A DNA stretch of 64,000 bases from an uncultured Gemmatimonadales bacterium (GCA_963851265.1 CAWKNZ010000007.1:96001-160000), one strand, 5' to 3'. Shown: positions 1-10,500, counted from the stretch's first letter. Notes: generated from the sequence alone by a model not told the origin. Numbers and translations are program-made.

Positions 1-459
1 GTCCATGAGCTGCCACACCTGCGCAAACACCATCGACGCGGGCGGTGCCGCGTCGCGGATCGCGCGGAAGATCGGCATCTCCCGGAACTCGTGATTGAGC
101 GCCACCTGCCGGCCCGCGCTGGCAGCGGCCTCGATCACCCGGTCGGCCTCTTCGACGCTCGACACGAACGGCTTCTCGCACAACACGTGGGCGCCGGCCG
201 CGAGTGCGCGCACCGCGTAGTCCGCGTGCGTGTCAGGCGGGGTTGCGACGATCACGACTTCGGCCGCGGTCTCCGCGAGCATCCGGTCAAAGCTCTCGAA
301 CGTCGGCATGTGAAACGTCTGCGCAGCGCGATCGCGGCGTGCCGGGTCGAGGTCGCAAGCACCGACGATCTTGGTGTCGGGCAGGCCGGCGAGTGCGGGC
401 AGATGCAGCGTCAGCCCGGCGTTGCCGAGACCGACGAGGGCGACGCGAAACGGCGGCAT
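1..459 (-). CDS. Gfo/Idh/MocA-family NAD(P)-dependent oxidoreductase (3' end outside window)
   Basis: Not in the ORF track because it has no stop in the window. Manual translation from ATG at 459 gives MPPFRVALVGLGNAG...VIVATPPDTH...GAHVLCEKPF, with a Rossmann GxGxxG and the family CEKP motif. Confidence 0.85.
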   Translation of the reverse strand, partial: MPPFRVALVGLGNAGLTLHLPALAGLPDTKIVGACDLDPARRDRAAQTFHMPTFESFDRMLAETAAEVVIVATPPDTHADYAVRALAAGAHVLCEKPFVSSVEEADRVIEAAASAGRQVALNHEFREMPIFRAIRDAAPPASMVFAQVWQLMD

Positions 460-501
460 GCGAGTGGGGAGCTAGGAGAGGAGGGAGCGCAACCAGCGGG
501 A

Positions 502-1281
502 TCATCCAGGGGTGCGGCAGAGAGCGAGGAGGGTGCGACCGATCGGGAGGCGAATGCCGGCTGCCACGGCCCGTCCTTCGACCCGGAGCCAGTGCGCCTT
601 GAGCACATCCGCGCGCCCGGCGGCACCTGGCGTCGCGAGCAGGCCGTGGTAGCCCGCGTCGCCCGCCGCGCGCCGCGCGCGCAATTCGCGCGGGATCTCG
701 GCCAGGCCGAGAAGTGCGTTGATGCGACTCAGACGCAGCACCTCAAAGCCGGCCTGCGTCAGCTTCCGTCGCAATTCGTTCGGCTCGTACTTGTGGAATG
801 CGGCCTCGGCATCGTCGGCCGCGTGCGGAATCGCCTGCGCGTTGGTGCGGATGAACAGCACACCGCCCGGCACTAGCACGCGGCGCATCTCGGTGAGCGC
901 CGTCGCATCGCCTCCGCCGAGTGGCAGATGCTGCAGGACGTCCAGCGTGACCACGAGCGACACCGACGCATCCTCGGCGGGCAGCGCCAGCGCAGTGCCG
1001 AGCACCGCGTCCTCGCCGAGCGCACGGGCCGCCTGCACGGCCGTGTCCGCGACGTCGACGCCGCGAAACCGCCATGCCGGGAGGAGCGACCGCAGCCACG
1101 ACATCGTCTGCCCCGATCCGCAGCCCACGTCGAGCGCCATCCCCGTGGCCGGGAGCGCGGCGACGCGGAGGAGGCGCGCGGCGACGTCACGCATGCCGGC
1201 GTTCCACCAGGATCCCGCCTCGAGCGCACGCATGCGCGCGTAGTAGTCGGGGGCAAAGATGCGCGGCGCTTCGGTCGTCAT
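502..1281 (-). CDS. Class I SAM-dependent methyltransferase
   Basis: Motif I ALDVGCGSG, DVLQH and RRVLVPGG. Start MTTEAPR at 1281 overlaps the upstream stop (ATGA). Confidence 0.85.
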   Translation of the reverse strand: MTTEAPRIFAPDYYARMRALEAGSWWNAGMRDVAARLLRVAALPATGMALDVGCGSGQTMSWLRSLLPAWRFRGVDVADTAVQAARALGEDAVLGTALALPAEDASVSLVVTLDVLQHLPLGGGDATALTEMRRVLVPGGVLFIRTNAQAIPHAADDAEAAFHKYEPNELRRKLTQAGFEVLRLSRINALLGLAEIPRELRARRAAGDAGYHGLLATPGAAGRADVLKAHWLRVEGRAVAAGIRLPIGRTLLALCRTPG

Positions 1282-2348
1282 CGCGGATCGCGGGTGAGCG
1301 GGGCGGGGGTGAGCGAAGCCCGTGTGGCATGCGACCGGCCAGGGGCCATACCGGACGCGTCGAGAAGTGGGGCGATCTGTGCGAGGCCGGCCGCGACGGC
1401 CGGAACGCGACGCGCCCACGCGTAGATGGGGGCGATCCGACGACCGGCTGGGCCGAGGCGGTCCCGATCGGACGACAGCATGGACGCCGGCGTGACGGCG
1501 ACGTCGCCGAACCCCGCCCGACGCATCGCGCGGCTGATTTCGCGCGCCGAAAGCGGCCGGTGGTGCAGGTAGCGTTCACCGCTCCACCAGCGCACGTACG
1601 CATCGGCCCATCGCCGCGGGACCAACCCGACGCCCCACACGCCGACATGCGGTTCGGGGAGCAGCGAGAATCGGTTGGTCGTTCGCACCCACGCATCGCC
1701 GCCGGCGGCGAGGACGCGCGCCGATTCGGACACCACGACATCGGCGCGCTGGCAGTGTTCCAGCGTCCCGACCGACACCACGCGCGCGAAGCATCCGTCG
1801 CGAAAGGGTAGCGCCTCGCCGTTCGCGCAAATCAGGCGTTGCGCGCCCGACGCGAGCGCAGGCCGCCGCCGGGCGAGCACGAGCCAGCGCATCGCGACGT
1901 CGACGCCGACGGCTGGCACGCCGCGCGCCGCGCACGCCGCGAGCAGATCGCCGCTCGCACACCCGATCTCGAGCCACGGCCCAGACGCCGCCACGTGGGC
2001 CGTGCGATCGACCATGTCGAGCCACTCGGTCGCGCGGCGTTCTCCGGCGACGACGTGCGCCGTAAAACGACTGGCGAGCGCTGGCGGCGTCCCGGGTGTC
2101 ATCGCCCAGTATGCGGCGACGCTCGTCGCGAGGTCCTCACCTTCGGAGGCGGCGACCACCCGCCGCGCCTTCTCGCGGTCCGCCTCCAACCCGATCCACG
2201 GGTCGGGCTCGACGCGGAAGTCGGGGATGCCGAGCACGATCGGGTACTCCGCGGCACACGGGGCACAGTGGTACGCGTTACGATCGCCACTGAGCGCGCC
2301 GCGACAGCGCGGGCATACGAACTCGGGAAACGACGGCGCGGTCAGCAT
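1278..2348 (-). CDS. SAM-dependent methyltransferase with N-terminal Trm112-like Zn-ribbon
   Basis: N-terminal CPRC...CAPC...YPIVLGIPDF, then LEIGCASG, EALPF, TLEH and ARVL. Start at 2348 overlaps the upstream stop. Confidence 0.8.
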   Translation of the reverse strand: MLTAPSFPEFVCPRCRGALSGDRNAYHCAPCAAEYPIVLGIPDFRVEPDPWIGLEADREKARRVVAASEGEDLATSVAAYWAMTPGTPPALASRFTAHVVAGERRATEWLDMVDRTAHVAASGPWLEIGCASGDLLAACAARGVPAVGVDVAMRWLVLARRRPALASGAQRLICANGEALPFRDGCFARVVSVGTLEHCQRADVVVSESARVLAAGGDAWVRTTNRFSLLPEPHVGVWGVGLVPRRWADAYVRWWSGERYLHHRPLSAREISRAMRRAGFGDVAVTPASMLSSDRDRLGPAGRRIAPIYAWARRVPAVAAGLAQIAPLLDASGMAPGRSHATRASLTPAPLTRDPR

Positions 2349-3277
2349 ACGCGTTCGAGTGCGTCGCCCGAACCGAACCATGAGCCGACGACCTCGCCAG
2401 CCGCCCAGGCGCACACGAACAGCGCGATCAGTGGCAGCCCCCGCAGCAGCTCAACGCGGTGCCTGCGCTTGGCGCTGACGCGCGCCACCGTGCGCCAGAA
2501 CAAAAGTGGCGGCAGCCCCGCCGATGCGGCCCCGTACGCGAGGCGTTTGCCGACGCCGGCCGTCGCGACGCGCGCACCGGCGTACGACCGCGCGTACAGG
2601 TAGCGCTGCGTCAAATATTCGCGGATCGTGTAACGCTTCAGATGCCCGACCCGGATCTCGGGCCTGCAGGTGAGCGCGACGCCGTCGGCGTGCAACATCG
2701 CATGCAGGTGGTTCTCCCACTGGTCCGGCCGGAGGCGGTCGGCGTACCGCGCGAGCAGTGCGCGCGGGTAAACCACGTTGTTTCCCGTCAGCCAGTCCGT
2801 GGGGCCCGCCGCGAGCGGTGGCAGGCAGTGACTGTACTCGCAGAGAAACGCCGCCCAGTCGACCACCCGCTCCGTCGCGGCGTTCTCGACGGATCCGCCC
2901 ACCACCGGCGCGTCGCGTTGGGCATCGAGGAGCGCGCGCGCCCACCCGGCAGGGACGATCACGTGATCTTCGATGACCGCGACGGAGTCGCCGTGGGCGC
3001 GTGCGAACGCGAGGTGCCGCATGCCCGGGATCGTGGTCGTCGGCGGCACGGCGAGCAGTCGCGCGCGCGGGAAGGCCGCGCGCACGTGGGCGCGCACGGC
3101 CTCGCCGCACCGGTCGACGACGAGCACCTCGAGTCGCACGTCGCGCGAGTGGGCCGTGAGCGCGTCGAGGCAGCCGCGAAGATCGCCCCAGCCGTTCACG
3201 CTCGGCACGACCACGGACAGCTCGACCGCCGACGGCGGACCCGCGGCACCGCCCGTCGGCGCGTCAGCCAGCGTCAT
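2342..3277 (-). CDS. GT2-family glycosyltransferase
   Basis: LSVVVPS...LRGCLDAL...EVLVVD and VIEDH (DxD-like). Start MTLADA at 3277. Confidence 0.8.
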   Translation of the reverse strand: MTLADAPTGGAAGPPSAVELSVVVPSVNGWGDLRGCLDALTAHSRDVRLEVLVVDRCGEAVRAHVRAAFPRARLLAVPPTTTIPGMRHLAFARAHGDSVAVIEDHVIVPAGWARALLDAQRDAPVVGGSVENAATERVVDWAAFLCEYSHCLPPLAAGPTDWLTGNNVVYPRALLARYADRLRPDQWENHLHAMLHADGVALTCRPEIRVGHLKRYTIREYLTQRYLYARSYAGARVATAGVGKRLAYGAASAGLPPLLFWRTVARVSAKRRHRVELLRGLPLIALFVCAWAAGEVVGSWFGSGDALERVC

Positions 3278-4187
3278 GCACGTACCCCGCGAGTTCTCCG
3301 GCCGACCAAGCAGCCAGAAACGCGACGGTGAACGGCAACGCGCGCGCGAACGCCTGCGGCCGTTGACGCGCGGCGGCGCGCGCGACGCGCCACGTGAGCA
3401 CGGCGGGCAGCACGGGTGTGCTCGCCGCGCGGAGCCATCGACGCTCGGCGCCGGTCTCGCGCAACCGGGCGCGCGCATAGTCGCGGCCGTGCTCGAATCG
3501 ATCGCGCACGAACGGCGCGAACGCGTAGTGCAGGTCTTGCGCGACCCGCGCGTCGGGCGCGTAGCGCAGCGCGGCCCCCGACGCGGCGAGTCGGTCGTGC
3601 ACCACGTTCTCCCAGGCACCGGCGCACATCCACGCGGCGACTCGGTCGACCACCGGACGCGCGTACGCCACGTTGGCGGCCGTGATCCGTCGGTCCGCGT
3701 CGGCCGGGGTCGCGGCCGCGCCGAACGCGCTCGCAAAAAACCCGTACTCCGCGAAGTAGGCGCCCCAATCGATCGCGCGCGCGCGACGTCCATTGTCCAT
3801 GCCACCACCCACGACGTCGGCACGGGTCTCCCGTGCGGCGGCGCTGAGGGTCGAGACCCAGTCGGGCGCGGGGACACAGTGATCTTCGGTGAGCAGCACC
3901 ACGTCGCCGCGCGCGGCCGCCAGCCCGGCGCCGCGAAGGCGGGGAATGTCGGCGCCCGGCTCCGCGAAAACGACGCGCACGCGCGGCTCGGGATCCCCGA
4001 TCGATGCGACGCCGTCGTCACGTCCGGCTCGCACCAGGAGGAGTTCGGCGTCGTGCGCCACGCATTGCGGCACGAGCGACGCGAGACACGCATCGAGCAC
4101 CGAGCGCCGACGCGGTGAGGCCACGACGACGGAGAGGTGCCGCGACGTCGCTGAAGCGATCGAACTGCTGCGGTTATCGAGGGCCAC
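3264..4187 (-). CDS. GT2-family glycosyltransferase, paralogue of the downstream gene (start uncertain; alternative ATG at 4349)
   Basis: LSVVVAS...LDACLASL, LLTEDHC, DWGAYFAEY and AANVAY match the EDH / DWAAFLCEY / GNNVVY motifs of 2342-3277. Confidence 0.75.
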   Translation of the reverse strand: MALDNRSSSIASATSRHLSVVVASPRRRSVLDACLASLVPQCVAHDAELLLVRAGRDDGVASIGDPEPRVRVVFAEPGADIPRLRGAGLAAARGDVVLLTEDHCVPAPDWVSTLSAAARETRADVVGGGMDNGRRARAIDWGAYFAEYGFFASAFGAAATPADADRRITAANVAYARPVVDRVAAWMCAGAWENVVHDRLAASGAALRYAPDARVAQDLHYAFAPFVRDRFEHGRDYARARLRETGAERRWLRAASTPVLPAVLTWRVARAAARQRPQAFARALPFTVAFLAAWSAGELAGYVHDAG

Positions 4188-4439
4188 GAGCGGTGTCTGA
4201 GAGACGATCCCGTGCGTGCGATGCGCCAATGTGTGGGCGAATCCGCACGCTGTCCATACCGCGACCTTCGCGAGCCGCCGGACTGCGGTGGTTGCGGTAT
4301 GCGCCGATCGCCCGTATTGTCGCGTCGCGCGACATTCCTCATCCGACATGCGCGCATCCACACACCCGTTGGTCCCACCCGGGATCACCATACCCGTGTG
4401 CGTTGCGCCACGCGCGTCGCACCACGCGAGGACGATGTG

Positions 4440-5210
4440 ATGAGCGCTGTGTCCGACGTGGCGGCTGCGGTCGCACACGGCGATCAGCCCGCAGCGGATC
4501 GCGACTTCTGGGCCGGGCAGTGGACGGCGATGGGCATCGAACCGCCGGACGCGCCGACGTGGTTCAACGACCGCGATCGCATGCTGCTCGACTTTCTCGC
4601 GCCCTACCTCCCCGAGCGCGGCACCGTCGCGGAGCTCGGGTGCGGCTCGGCACGACTTCTCGCGCGCATCGGCCTCCATCGGCCGGATCTTCGGCTCGTC
4701 GCCGTCGATTACGAGGCGTCCGCACTCGATCTCGTCCGCGCCTCGTCGCACGTGTATGGGGTCCCGATCGAAACCTGCCTCGACGACGTCAATCACCTGT
4801 CGTTCGCGGACGCGAGCTTCGACATGGTGCTCTCGGGCGGACTCCTCGAGCACTTCGTCGACCCGACCAAAGCGCTCGGCGAGATGGTGCGTACGCTCAA
4901 ACCGGGCGGCACCTTCTACGCGGCGGTCGTGCCGCGAAAATTGTTCTCGCTGCACCGGCCGCTCCATCGCTGGCGCGGTCCGCAAGTGTTCCGTACCACA
5001 CACAACGCGTATCAGTACGCGGAGTGGCTGCGTGCCCTCGGCATGCGCGACGTCGTCCCGCTCACGAAAGGCGTCTACCCGCCATTGTTCTATCACCTGC
5101 CGCCGGCCCCGAGGCGGGCAATCGAGCGCACGCTGCGACACCTCGACGGGTCCTGGGTTGCGGACCGTCTGGGGTACTTCTTCGTCCTTGCCGGTCGCAA
5201 GCCGCGCTAG
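4440..5210 (+). CDS. Class I SAM-dependent methyltransferase
   Basis: VAELGCGS, LSFADASFDMV, LLEH and VRTLKPGG. Confidence 0.85.
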   Translation: MSAVSDVAAAVAHGDQPAADRDFWAGQWTAMGIEPPDAPTWFNDRDRMLLDFLAPYLPERGTVAELGCGSARLLARIGLHRPDLRLVAVDYEASALDLVRASSHVYGVPIETCLDDVNHLSFADASFDMVLSGGLLEHFVDPTKALGEMVRTLKPGGTFYAAVVPRKLFSLHRPLHRWRGPQVFRTTHNAYQYAEWLRALGMRDVVPLTKGVYPPLFYHLPPAPRRAIERTLRHLDGSWVADRLGYFFVLAGRKPR

Positions 5211-5211
5211 C

Positions 5212-6741
5212 ATGCGGCCGCGCGAACAGGGTCAGCGGGACGCGACCTCGCGCACGCTGCTGTCGATCGGTGCGGTCCAAGTGCTCGTTATGCTGGTGGC
5301 CCTCGTCCGTTCGAAGGTGCTCTCAACGCTCCTCGGACCCGCCAGCTTCGGCGTCGTGAGCACGATCGATCAGACGGTGCTCACGCTTGTCAGCCTCGGC
5401 GCGTTGAGCCTGCCGTTCACGGCGCTCAAGTTCATGGCGCGCGGCCATAGCGAGAGCCCCGACGCCTTCCGCGAGAGCTACGCGAGCTTCTTTCGCACCC
5501 TCACGATGCTCGCGGCGCTGACCGTCGCCGTCGTGCTCCTTCTACTCCGCTTTCGCCCGGGCACGTTCGGCCAGGACATGGCCCCGTACCGGACCGCGCT
5601 CGCGATTGCGACGCTCGGCGTGCCCGCGGCGATGCTCAACGTCCTCTTCGTCAACACACTTGCCGCCGCGCAGGCGCCAGCGACGAGCGCGATCACCGGT
5701 CTGCTCGTCACCGGCGGTCTGGCGCTTGGCGCAATTGTCGGCGAGGTCGCCAACGGCATCGAGGGGCTGTACGCGGGCACCATCGCGGCCGGCGTCGTCA
5801 CGACCACCGGGACGCTGCTAGTACTCCGCCGGCGTCTCGGTCTCCGTCCCGCGGGACCAGCCGTGAGCCTCGTGCGCGAGCTTCGGCGCAACCCGGAGAT
5901 CGTCTCGTACTCGGTGCTGATCTACGGCGCGATGGCCGCCTACTCGCTCGCGATGCTCGCGACGCGCTATTTCGTGTTCTCGGGGCTCGGCGCAGTACAG
6001 GCGGGTCTGTTGCAGGCGCTCCTCAGCCTCGCGCTGACGGTCGGTGCCGTCATGGCGCCGATGAGCAATCTGTTTCTCACGCCGCTCGTGAATCGGTCCA
6101 TCCCGATGGACCGCAAGGTCGCCGCGGCCGATGACTTCGCGGCGAAGATGGCGGTCCTGCTCCTGTGTGCGGCTCTACCGATCGTGCTCTTCCCAACCTG
6201 CGTGATCGGCGCGTTGTACTCGAACCGCTTCGCCGCCGCTGGTCGCGTGCTCTTCGTGTTCATCTTCTGGCAGTGCTTGTACCAGATCGCGAACGTGTAC
6301 CTGCAGTTGTTGATCGGCCTCGACGACGTCGCGTTCACGTGCGCGGTCGCCGGCATCACGTATGGCGTTAGCGCCGCGCTGCTCCCGGTGCTCCTGCCGC
6401 GCCTTGGCCTCGGTGGCGCGGGTGTCGCGCTCGCCATCGGGATCGGCATCGGCGCCGCATGTGCGGGTGTGCGACTGCACCGAAAGTTTGGCTGCCGCCC
6501 GTCGCGCGCGCCCCTCGCCCGCGCTGCCTGCACGCTCGGCGCGATCGCGCTTGCCGGCTACGTGTTTCGGGATCTGCCCGGCGAGCGCACGGCCGTTGGC
6601 GTCGCCACCCGTCTGAGCTATGCGTTCGCGGCCATCACCGTCATGTGGACGCTGCTCGGGCCGACGGAACGCGCCCTCGTCACCGCGAGCGCGGCGCGTC
6701 TCTGGAGCGGCCGGCGTCGTGTACGGCCGAGTCCCTCCTGA
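5212..6741 (+). CDS. wzx: Polysaccharide flippase (Wzx/MOP superfamily)
   Basis: About 510 aa with many hydrophobic segments. N-terminal RSKVLSTLLGPASFGVVS is typical of Wzx; located in a polysaccharide locus. Confidence 0.7.
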   Translation: MRPREQGQRDATSRTLLSIGAVQVLVMLVALVRSKVLSTLLGPASFGVVSTIDQTVLTLVSLGALSLPFTALKFMARGHSESPDAFRESYASFFRTLTMLAALTVAVVLLLLRFRPGTFGQDMAPYRTALAIATLGVPAAMLNVLFVNTLAAAQAPATSAITGLLVTGGLALGAIVGEVANGIEGLYAGTIAAGVVTTTGTLLVLRRRLGLRPAGPAVSLVRELRRNPEIVSYSVLIYGAMAAYSLAMLATRYFVFSGLGAVQAGLLQALLSLALTVGAVMAPMSNLFLTPLVNRSIPMDRKVAAADDFAAKMAVLLLCAALPIVLFPTCVIGALYSNRFAAAGRVLFVFIFWQCLYQIANVYLQLLIGLDDVAFTCAVAGITYGVSAALLPVLLPRLGLGGAGVALAIGIGIGAACAGVRLHRKFGCRPSRAPLARAACTLGAIALAGYVFRDLPGERTAVGVATRLSYAFAAITVMWTLLGPTERALVTASAARLWSGRRRVRPSPS

Positions 6742-6818
6742 ACCGTCTACCGGCCGCGTCCGCGCGCGTGCCGCCCGGTCACTCCCGTTCGCATGCACAT
6801 CGAGGTGCGTTGCACCAC

Positions 6819-7616
6819 ATGAGCCAGGACCCCGCATACGCGTTCGAGCGCAGGAATCCGATTCACGAAACGCGGGACACCAAGGGCGTCCTGAATCGCC
6901 TGCGGCCACCGCACTGGCTGCGCTACAACGACAGGCGCGTCCAGACGCGAACCGTGCGCGTGCTCGCACCATTCCTCGCCGACATCGCACGACCGATCGT
7001 CGTTGTCATCGGGGTCGGGGAGGGTGGAATCTATCGTTGGCTGTGGCGTGGTCCGGACGTGCTGCGCATCGGGGTCGACGTCAATCACGAAGTGATGACG
7101 CAGGCGTTGGCCGCGGCCGGGCGCGATCACTTCGCGCCCGTCGAAGGCGATGCCCTCCACCTTCCGTTCGGCGATGCCGCGGTGGACGTCGTCGTCTACG
7201 ATTTCGTGCTGCACCACCTCGTGGCCCAGGCGCCGCTCGAGGACGTCCTCGCCGAAGGCGCACGCGTGCTCCGCCCTGGCGGGTTGATCATCTCCCGCGA
7301 GCCCTCGAGTTACTCGCCGAGCGGCCTGGCCTTGAATGCGCTCAACCGCTTCGGTCTCATGCACGACCTCACGGGCGCCTCGAGCCAGGAGTTCGCACTG
7401 TCACCACCGCAGCTCATTCGCATGTTCGAGCGGCACGGCGCCGTACTGGCGGTGGAGGGCCTGACGTACCTATTCGCGCACCGGCTGCCCCCGCGGGTGC
7501 AGGACGTCATCACGCGATCCGAGCCGTACCTGTTCCGTGGTCCGCGCAGCCGCTGGTTCGCCGACTTTCTGCTCTACGCGGTGCGCAAGACGCCGAGCGC
7601 TGCCCCAGCTGGCTGA
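6819..7616 (+). CDS. Class I SAM-dependent methyltransferase
   Basis: VIGVGEG, GDALHLPFGD, VLHH and ARVLRPGG. Confidence 0.8.
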   Translation: MSQDPAYAFERRNPIHETRDTKGVLNRLRPPHWLRYNDRRVQTRTVRVLAPFLADIARPIVVVIGVGEGGIYRWLWRGPDVLRIGVDVNHEVMTQALAAAGRDHFAPVEGDALHLPFGDAAVDVVVYDFVLHHLVAQAPLEDVLAEGARVLRPGGLIISREPSSYSPSGLALNALNRFGLMHDLTGASSQEFALSPPQLIRMFERHGAVLAVEGLTYLFAHRLPPRVQDVITRSEPYLFRGPRSRWFADFLLYAVRKTPSAAPAG

Positions 7617-7624
7617 CCCGACGC

Positions 7625-8254
7625 TCATGCCGCGGAAGCCGCGGTAGTCTCGTGTGCGGTGTCCTCGGCGGCCGCGGGCACGCGCTTGATGAAGCGCGCC
7701 GGCCATCCGCCCCAGATCTGGTCCGGCGGCACGTCCCGGTGCACGACGCTGCCGGCGGCGATCACCGAGTTGTTGCCGATGTGGACACCGGGGAGGACAA
7801 TGCACCCGGCGCCGACCCACACGTTGTCACCGATGTCGATGCCGACCGTGTCTTCGTCCCATGATGTGTTCATCATCGGGATGCCCTGCAGGATGCGGTG
7901 GTTTGCGGCGACGAGTACGCAGTTCTGCGCCACGCCGGAGCCATGGCCGATGCGAATCGTCCCGCCTGCCGCGCGGATGTTGGCGCCGGTCGAGATGGTC
8001 GCGCGATCGCCGAGGATCAGCCGCCCCTCGTGCCGGCTGTGAGGAGAACGCTTGTACACGAGGATCTCCGAGTACGCGCGCACCGCGACGTTCGCACCGA
8101 TCTCGATGGCGTCGAGGTCGTGGAAGCCATAGTCCCAGATCGCGGTCGGGTCGCACCACAGCGTGGGATTGTGCGCGCACACGCGGTGGCGGAGGATCTT
8201 GCGTGTCGCGCGCACGCGCAGGTGGCTGGTCGCGATGCGGAGGTGCGTCAGCAT
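7625..8254 (-). CDS. Left-handed beta-helix (hexapeptide-repeat) acyl/acetyltransferase
   Basis: IGDNVWVGAGCIVLPGVHIGNNSVIAAGSVV...DVPP...GGWPARFIK. Confidence 0.9.
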   Translation of the reverse strand: MLTHLRIATSHLRVRATRKILRHRVCAHNPTLWCDPTAIWDYGFHDLDAIEIGANVAVRAYSEILVYKRSPHSRHEGRLILGDRATISTGANIRAAGGTIRIGHGSGVAQNCVLVAANHRILQGIPMMNTSWDEDTVGIDIGDNVWVGAGCIVLPGVHIGNNSVIAAGSVVHRDVPPDQIWGGWPARFIKRVPAAAEDTAHETTAASAA

Positions 8255-9243
8255 GGCACCACGGCCGGAGGCTGTGCGCGCGACCACGCCACCGTGCGCG
8301 CGAGCCCGTCTGGGAGCGATGTGCGCGCCCGCCACCCGAGCAGGACATACGCACGCTCCGTGGTCGTCACGAGGTGATCGAGATCCCGCGCGCGAGTCTG
8401 CCGCGCGTCCAGCGCCAGACGCCCGTATCCCGTAAGGCGCACGATCGCGTCCGCGACGTCGCGAATCGCGTGTTCCTCGCCGGTGCCGACGTTGATGACT
8501 GCGCCGGCGAGGCCCGGCCGGGTCGCTGCGCGGAAGAGTGCGTCGATCATGTCGTCGATGTAGAGGAGGTCGCGCCGTTGCGTTCCGTGCGTCATCGCGA
8601 ACGTCTCGCCGCGGACGCACGCGGCGATCAGGGCGGGGATGAAAAACTCCTCGTCCTGGTCCGGCCCGTAGACGAGCGCCGGCCGGAGCGTCACGACGGC
8701 GAAGGGCAGCTGCGGTTGCAGGGCCTGGCAGTAATGTGTGGTCGCGACCTGGCTCGCCGAGTACGGTGAGATCGGTCGCTCGCGTGCGTCTTCGGTGAAT
8801 GGGATCGGGGCGGTGCCGTACTCCTCCAAGCCGCCGAGCCGCACAACGGTTTCGACGGGTCCCCCGGATTCAGCTGCGGCGCGTAGGACGTTCAGCGTAC
8901 CGCTGAGATGCACAGCAACGCTCCGCTCGACGGCGTCCCACGCGCCGGCCGCGCGGCGGCCGCTCGTGTCGCCGGCGAGGTGCAGCACCACGTGCGGGCT
9001 CGCGCCACGGACGCAGGCGTGCACGGCGCGCGCATCGGTCACGTCGCCCGGCCATCGCGTGACGGACCGGTCGTCGCTTAACGCATCGAGCCGGCGGGCG
9101 ACCGTGCCGCGTCGCACGAGCGCGTGCACGTCGGCGCCGAGCGCGAGCAGCCCGCGTACCGCGTGCGACCCGATGAACCCCGACGCGCCGGTGACGAGCA
9201 CACGGCGGTTGCGGAACTCGATGGAGGGCTCGTCAGCTGACAA
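8248..9243 (-). CDS. NAD-dependent sugar epimerase/dehydratase/reductase (extended SDR)
   Basis: VLVTGASGFIG, PISPYSASQ (YxxxQ variant of YxxxK), LRPALVYGP and RDLLYIDD. Probable TTG start at 9243. Confidence 0.85.
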   Translation of the reverse strand: MSADEPSIEFRNRRVLVTGASGFIGSHAVRGLLALGADVHALVRRGTVARRLDALSDDRSVTRWPGDVTDARAVHACVRGASPHVVLHLAGDTSGRRAAGAWDAVERSVAVHLSGTLNVLRAAAESGGPVETVVRLGGLEEYGTAPIPFTEDARERPISPYSASQVATTHYCQALQPQLPFAVVTLRPALVYGPDQDEEFFIPALIAACVRGETFAMTHGTQRRDLLYIDDMIDALFRAATRPGLAGAVINVGTGEEHAIRDVADAIVRLTGYGRLALDARQTRARDLDHLVTTTERAYVLLGWRARTSLPDGLARTVAWSRAQPPAVVPC

Positions 9244-10471
9244 CCCGGGGCTCCGGGATCGGCAGGATGAACTGGCCACCGCGCAGGCGGTACTCCTCCT
9301 GCTGCTGCATGATCTCGTCGCCGAAGTTCCACGCCAGGATCAGCAGGTAGTCGGGTGCGTCCTCGAGGACGCGCTCGGCCGGTACGACCGGGATGTGCAT
9401 GCCCGGCGAGTACTTCCCATGTTTCAGCGTGTTGCGGTCGGCGAGGAAGTCGAGCAGATCCGGACCGATACCGTAATAGTTGAGCAGGGTGTTGCCCTTC
9501 GCTGGCGCGCCGTAGCCTGCGAGGCGCTTGCCACGCGCCTTGAGGCCGCGCAACGTCGTCACGAGCTCGTCGCGGATGCCGTGCACGCGCGCCGCGAGGT
9601 CATCGTACGTGCGGCGCTCGAACAGCCCGCGCTCGCGCTCGCGATCCAGCCACGCCTGTACCACCGGAACCTCTGCCCCGTCGGCGGTCGCCGCGCGGCG
9701 CTGCGCCACCACGCGCATCGAGCCACCGTGGATGGGCAACACCTGGACGTCGACGATCCGCATTCCGAAGAACCGGTACAGCGCCGCGAGCGACGTAACA
9801 CTGAACGTGGACAGGTGCTCGTGGTAGACCGTGTCGAACTCGTTCTGCTCGACGAGCGCCAGCGCCTGTGGCACCTCGACGATGAAGCGCCCGTCTGGCG
9901 CGAGTAGCGTGTCGACGCCGCGCATGAATCCGTGCAGGTCGTCGATGTGATTGAACGTGTTGCTCGTCGTGATCACGGCCGCCGGCCCATGCCGCGCCCG
10001 GAGCTCGCGGGCCGTGTCGGCCGTGAAGTAGAGGTTCTCGACTTCCAGCCCCTTCGCACGCGCGAGCGCGGCGATGTTCGCGGCGGGCTCGACGCCTAAC
10101 GTATCGAGTCCGCCCGCCTTACACGCGGCGAGGAGCAGGCCGTCGTTGCACCCGATGTCGACGACCAGCTCACCCGGTGCGCGCGCGAATCGGTCGCGGA
10201 TCTGCCCGGCGAACGCGCTGAAATGCGCCAGCATCGTGTCGCTGGCCGATGGCACGTACACGTAGTCCTGGAAGAAGTCGGCCGGCAGCTGGTCCGCGAC
10301 CTCGATGACCGCGCAGTCGAGGCAGACCTGACAGTCGAGCGGGAACACGGCCTCCGGCCTCGTCAGCTGTGCCTCGGTCAGGAACGCGTTCGCGGGCGGG
10401 TGATCGCCCAGCGGCAGGAATGTGTACAGGTTGTCGCTGGTACACGCGCGGCAGACTGTCATCGGCGCCAT
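9233..10471 (-). CDS. NDP-sugar C-methyltransferase (TylC3/EryBIII/NovU-like architecture)
   Basis: N-terminal CRAC...CLDC Zn site, VVDIGCNDG, FDTVYHEH, IHGGSMR, GYGAPAKGNTLLN and LILAWNF. Confidence 0.9.
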   Translation of the reverse strand: MAPMTVCRACTSDNLYTFLPLGDHPPANAFLTEAQLTRPEAVFPLDCQVCLDCAVIEVADQLPADFFQDYVYVPSASDTMLAHFSAFAGQIRDRFARAPGELVVDIGCNDGLLLAACKAGGLDTLGVEPAANIAALARAKGLEVENLYFTADTARELRARHGPAAVITTSNTFNHIDDLHGFMRGVDTLLAPDGRFIVEVPQALALVEQNEFDTVYHEHLSTFSVTSLAALYRFFGMRIVDVQVLPIHGGSMRVVAQRRAATADGAEVPVVQAWLDRERERGLFERRTYDDLAARVHGIRDELVTTLRGLKARGKRLAGYGAPAKGNTLLNYYGIGPDLLDFLADRNTLKHGKYSPGMHIPVVPAERVLEDAPDYLLILAWNFGDEIMQQQEEYRLRGGQFILPIPEPRVVS

Positions 10472-10500
10472 GGGTATGCCGTCCGGATCTGGGGGAGGGG

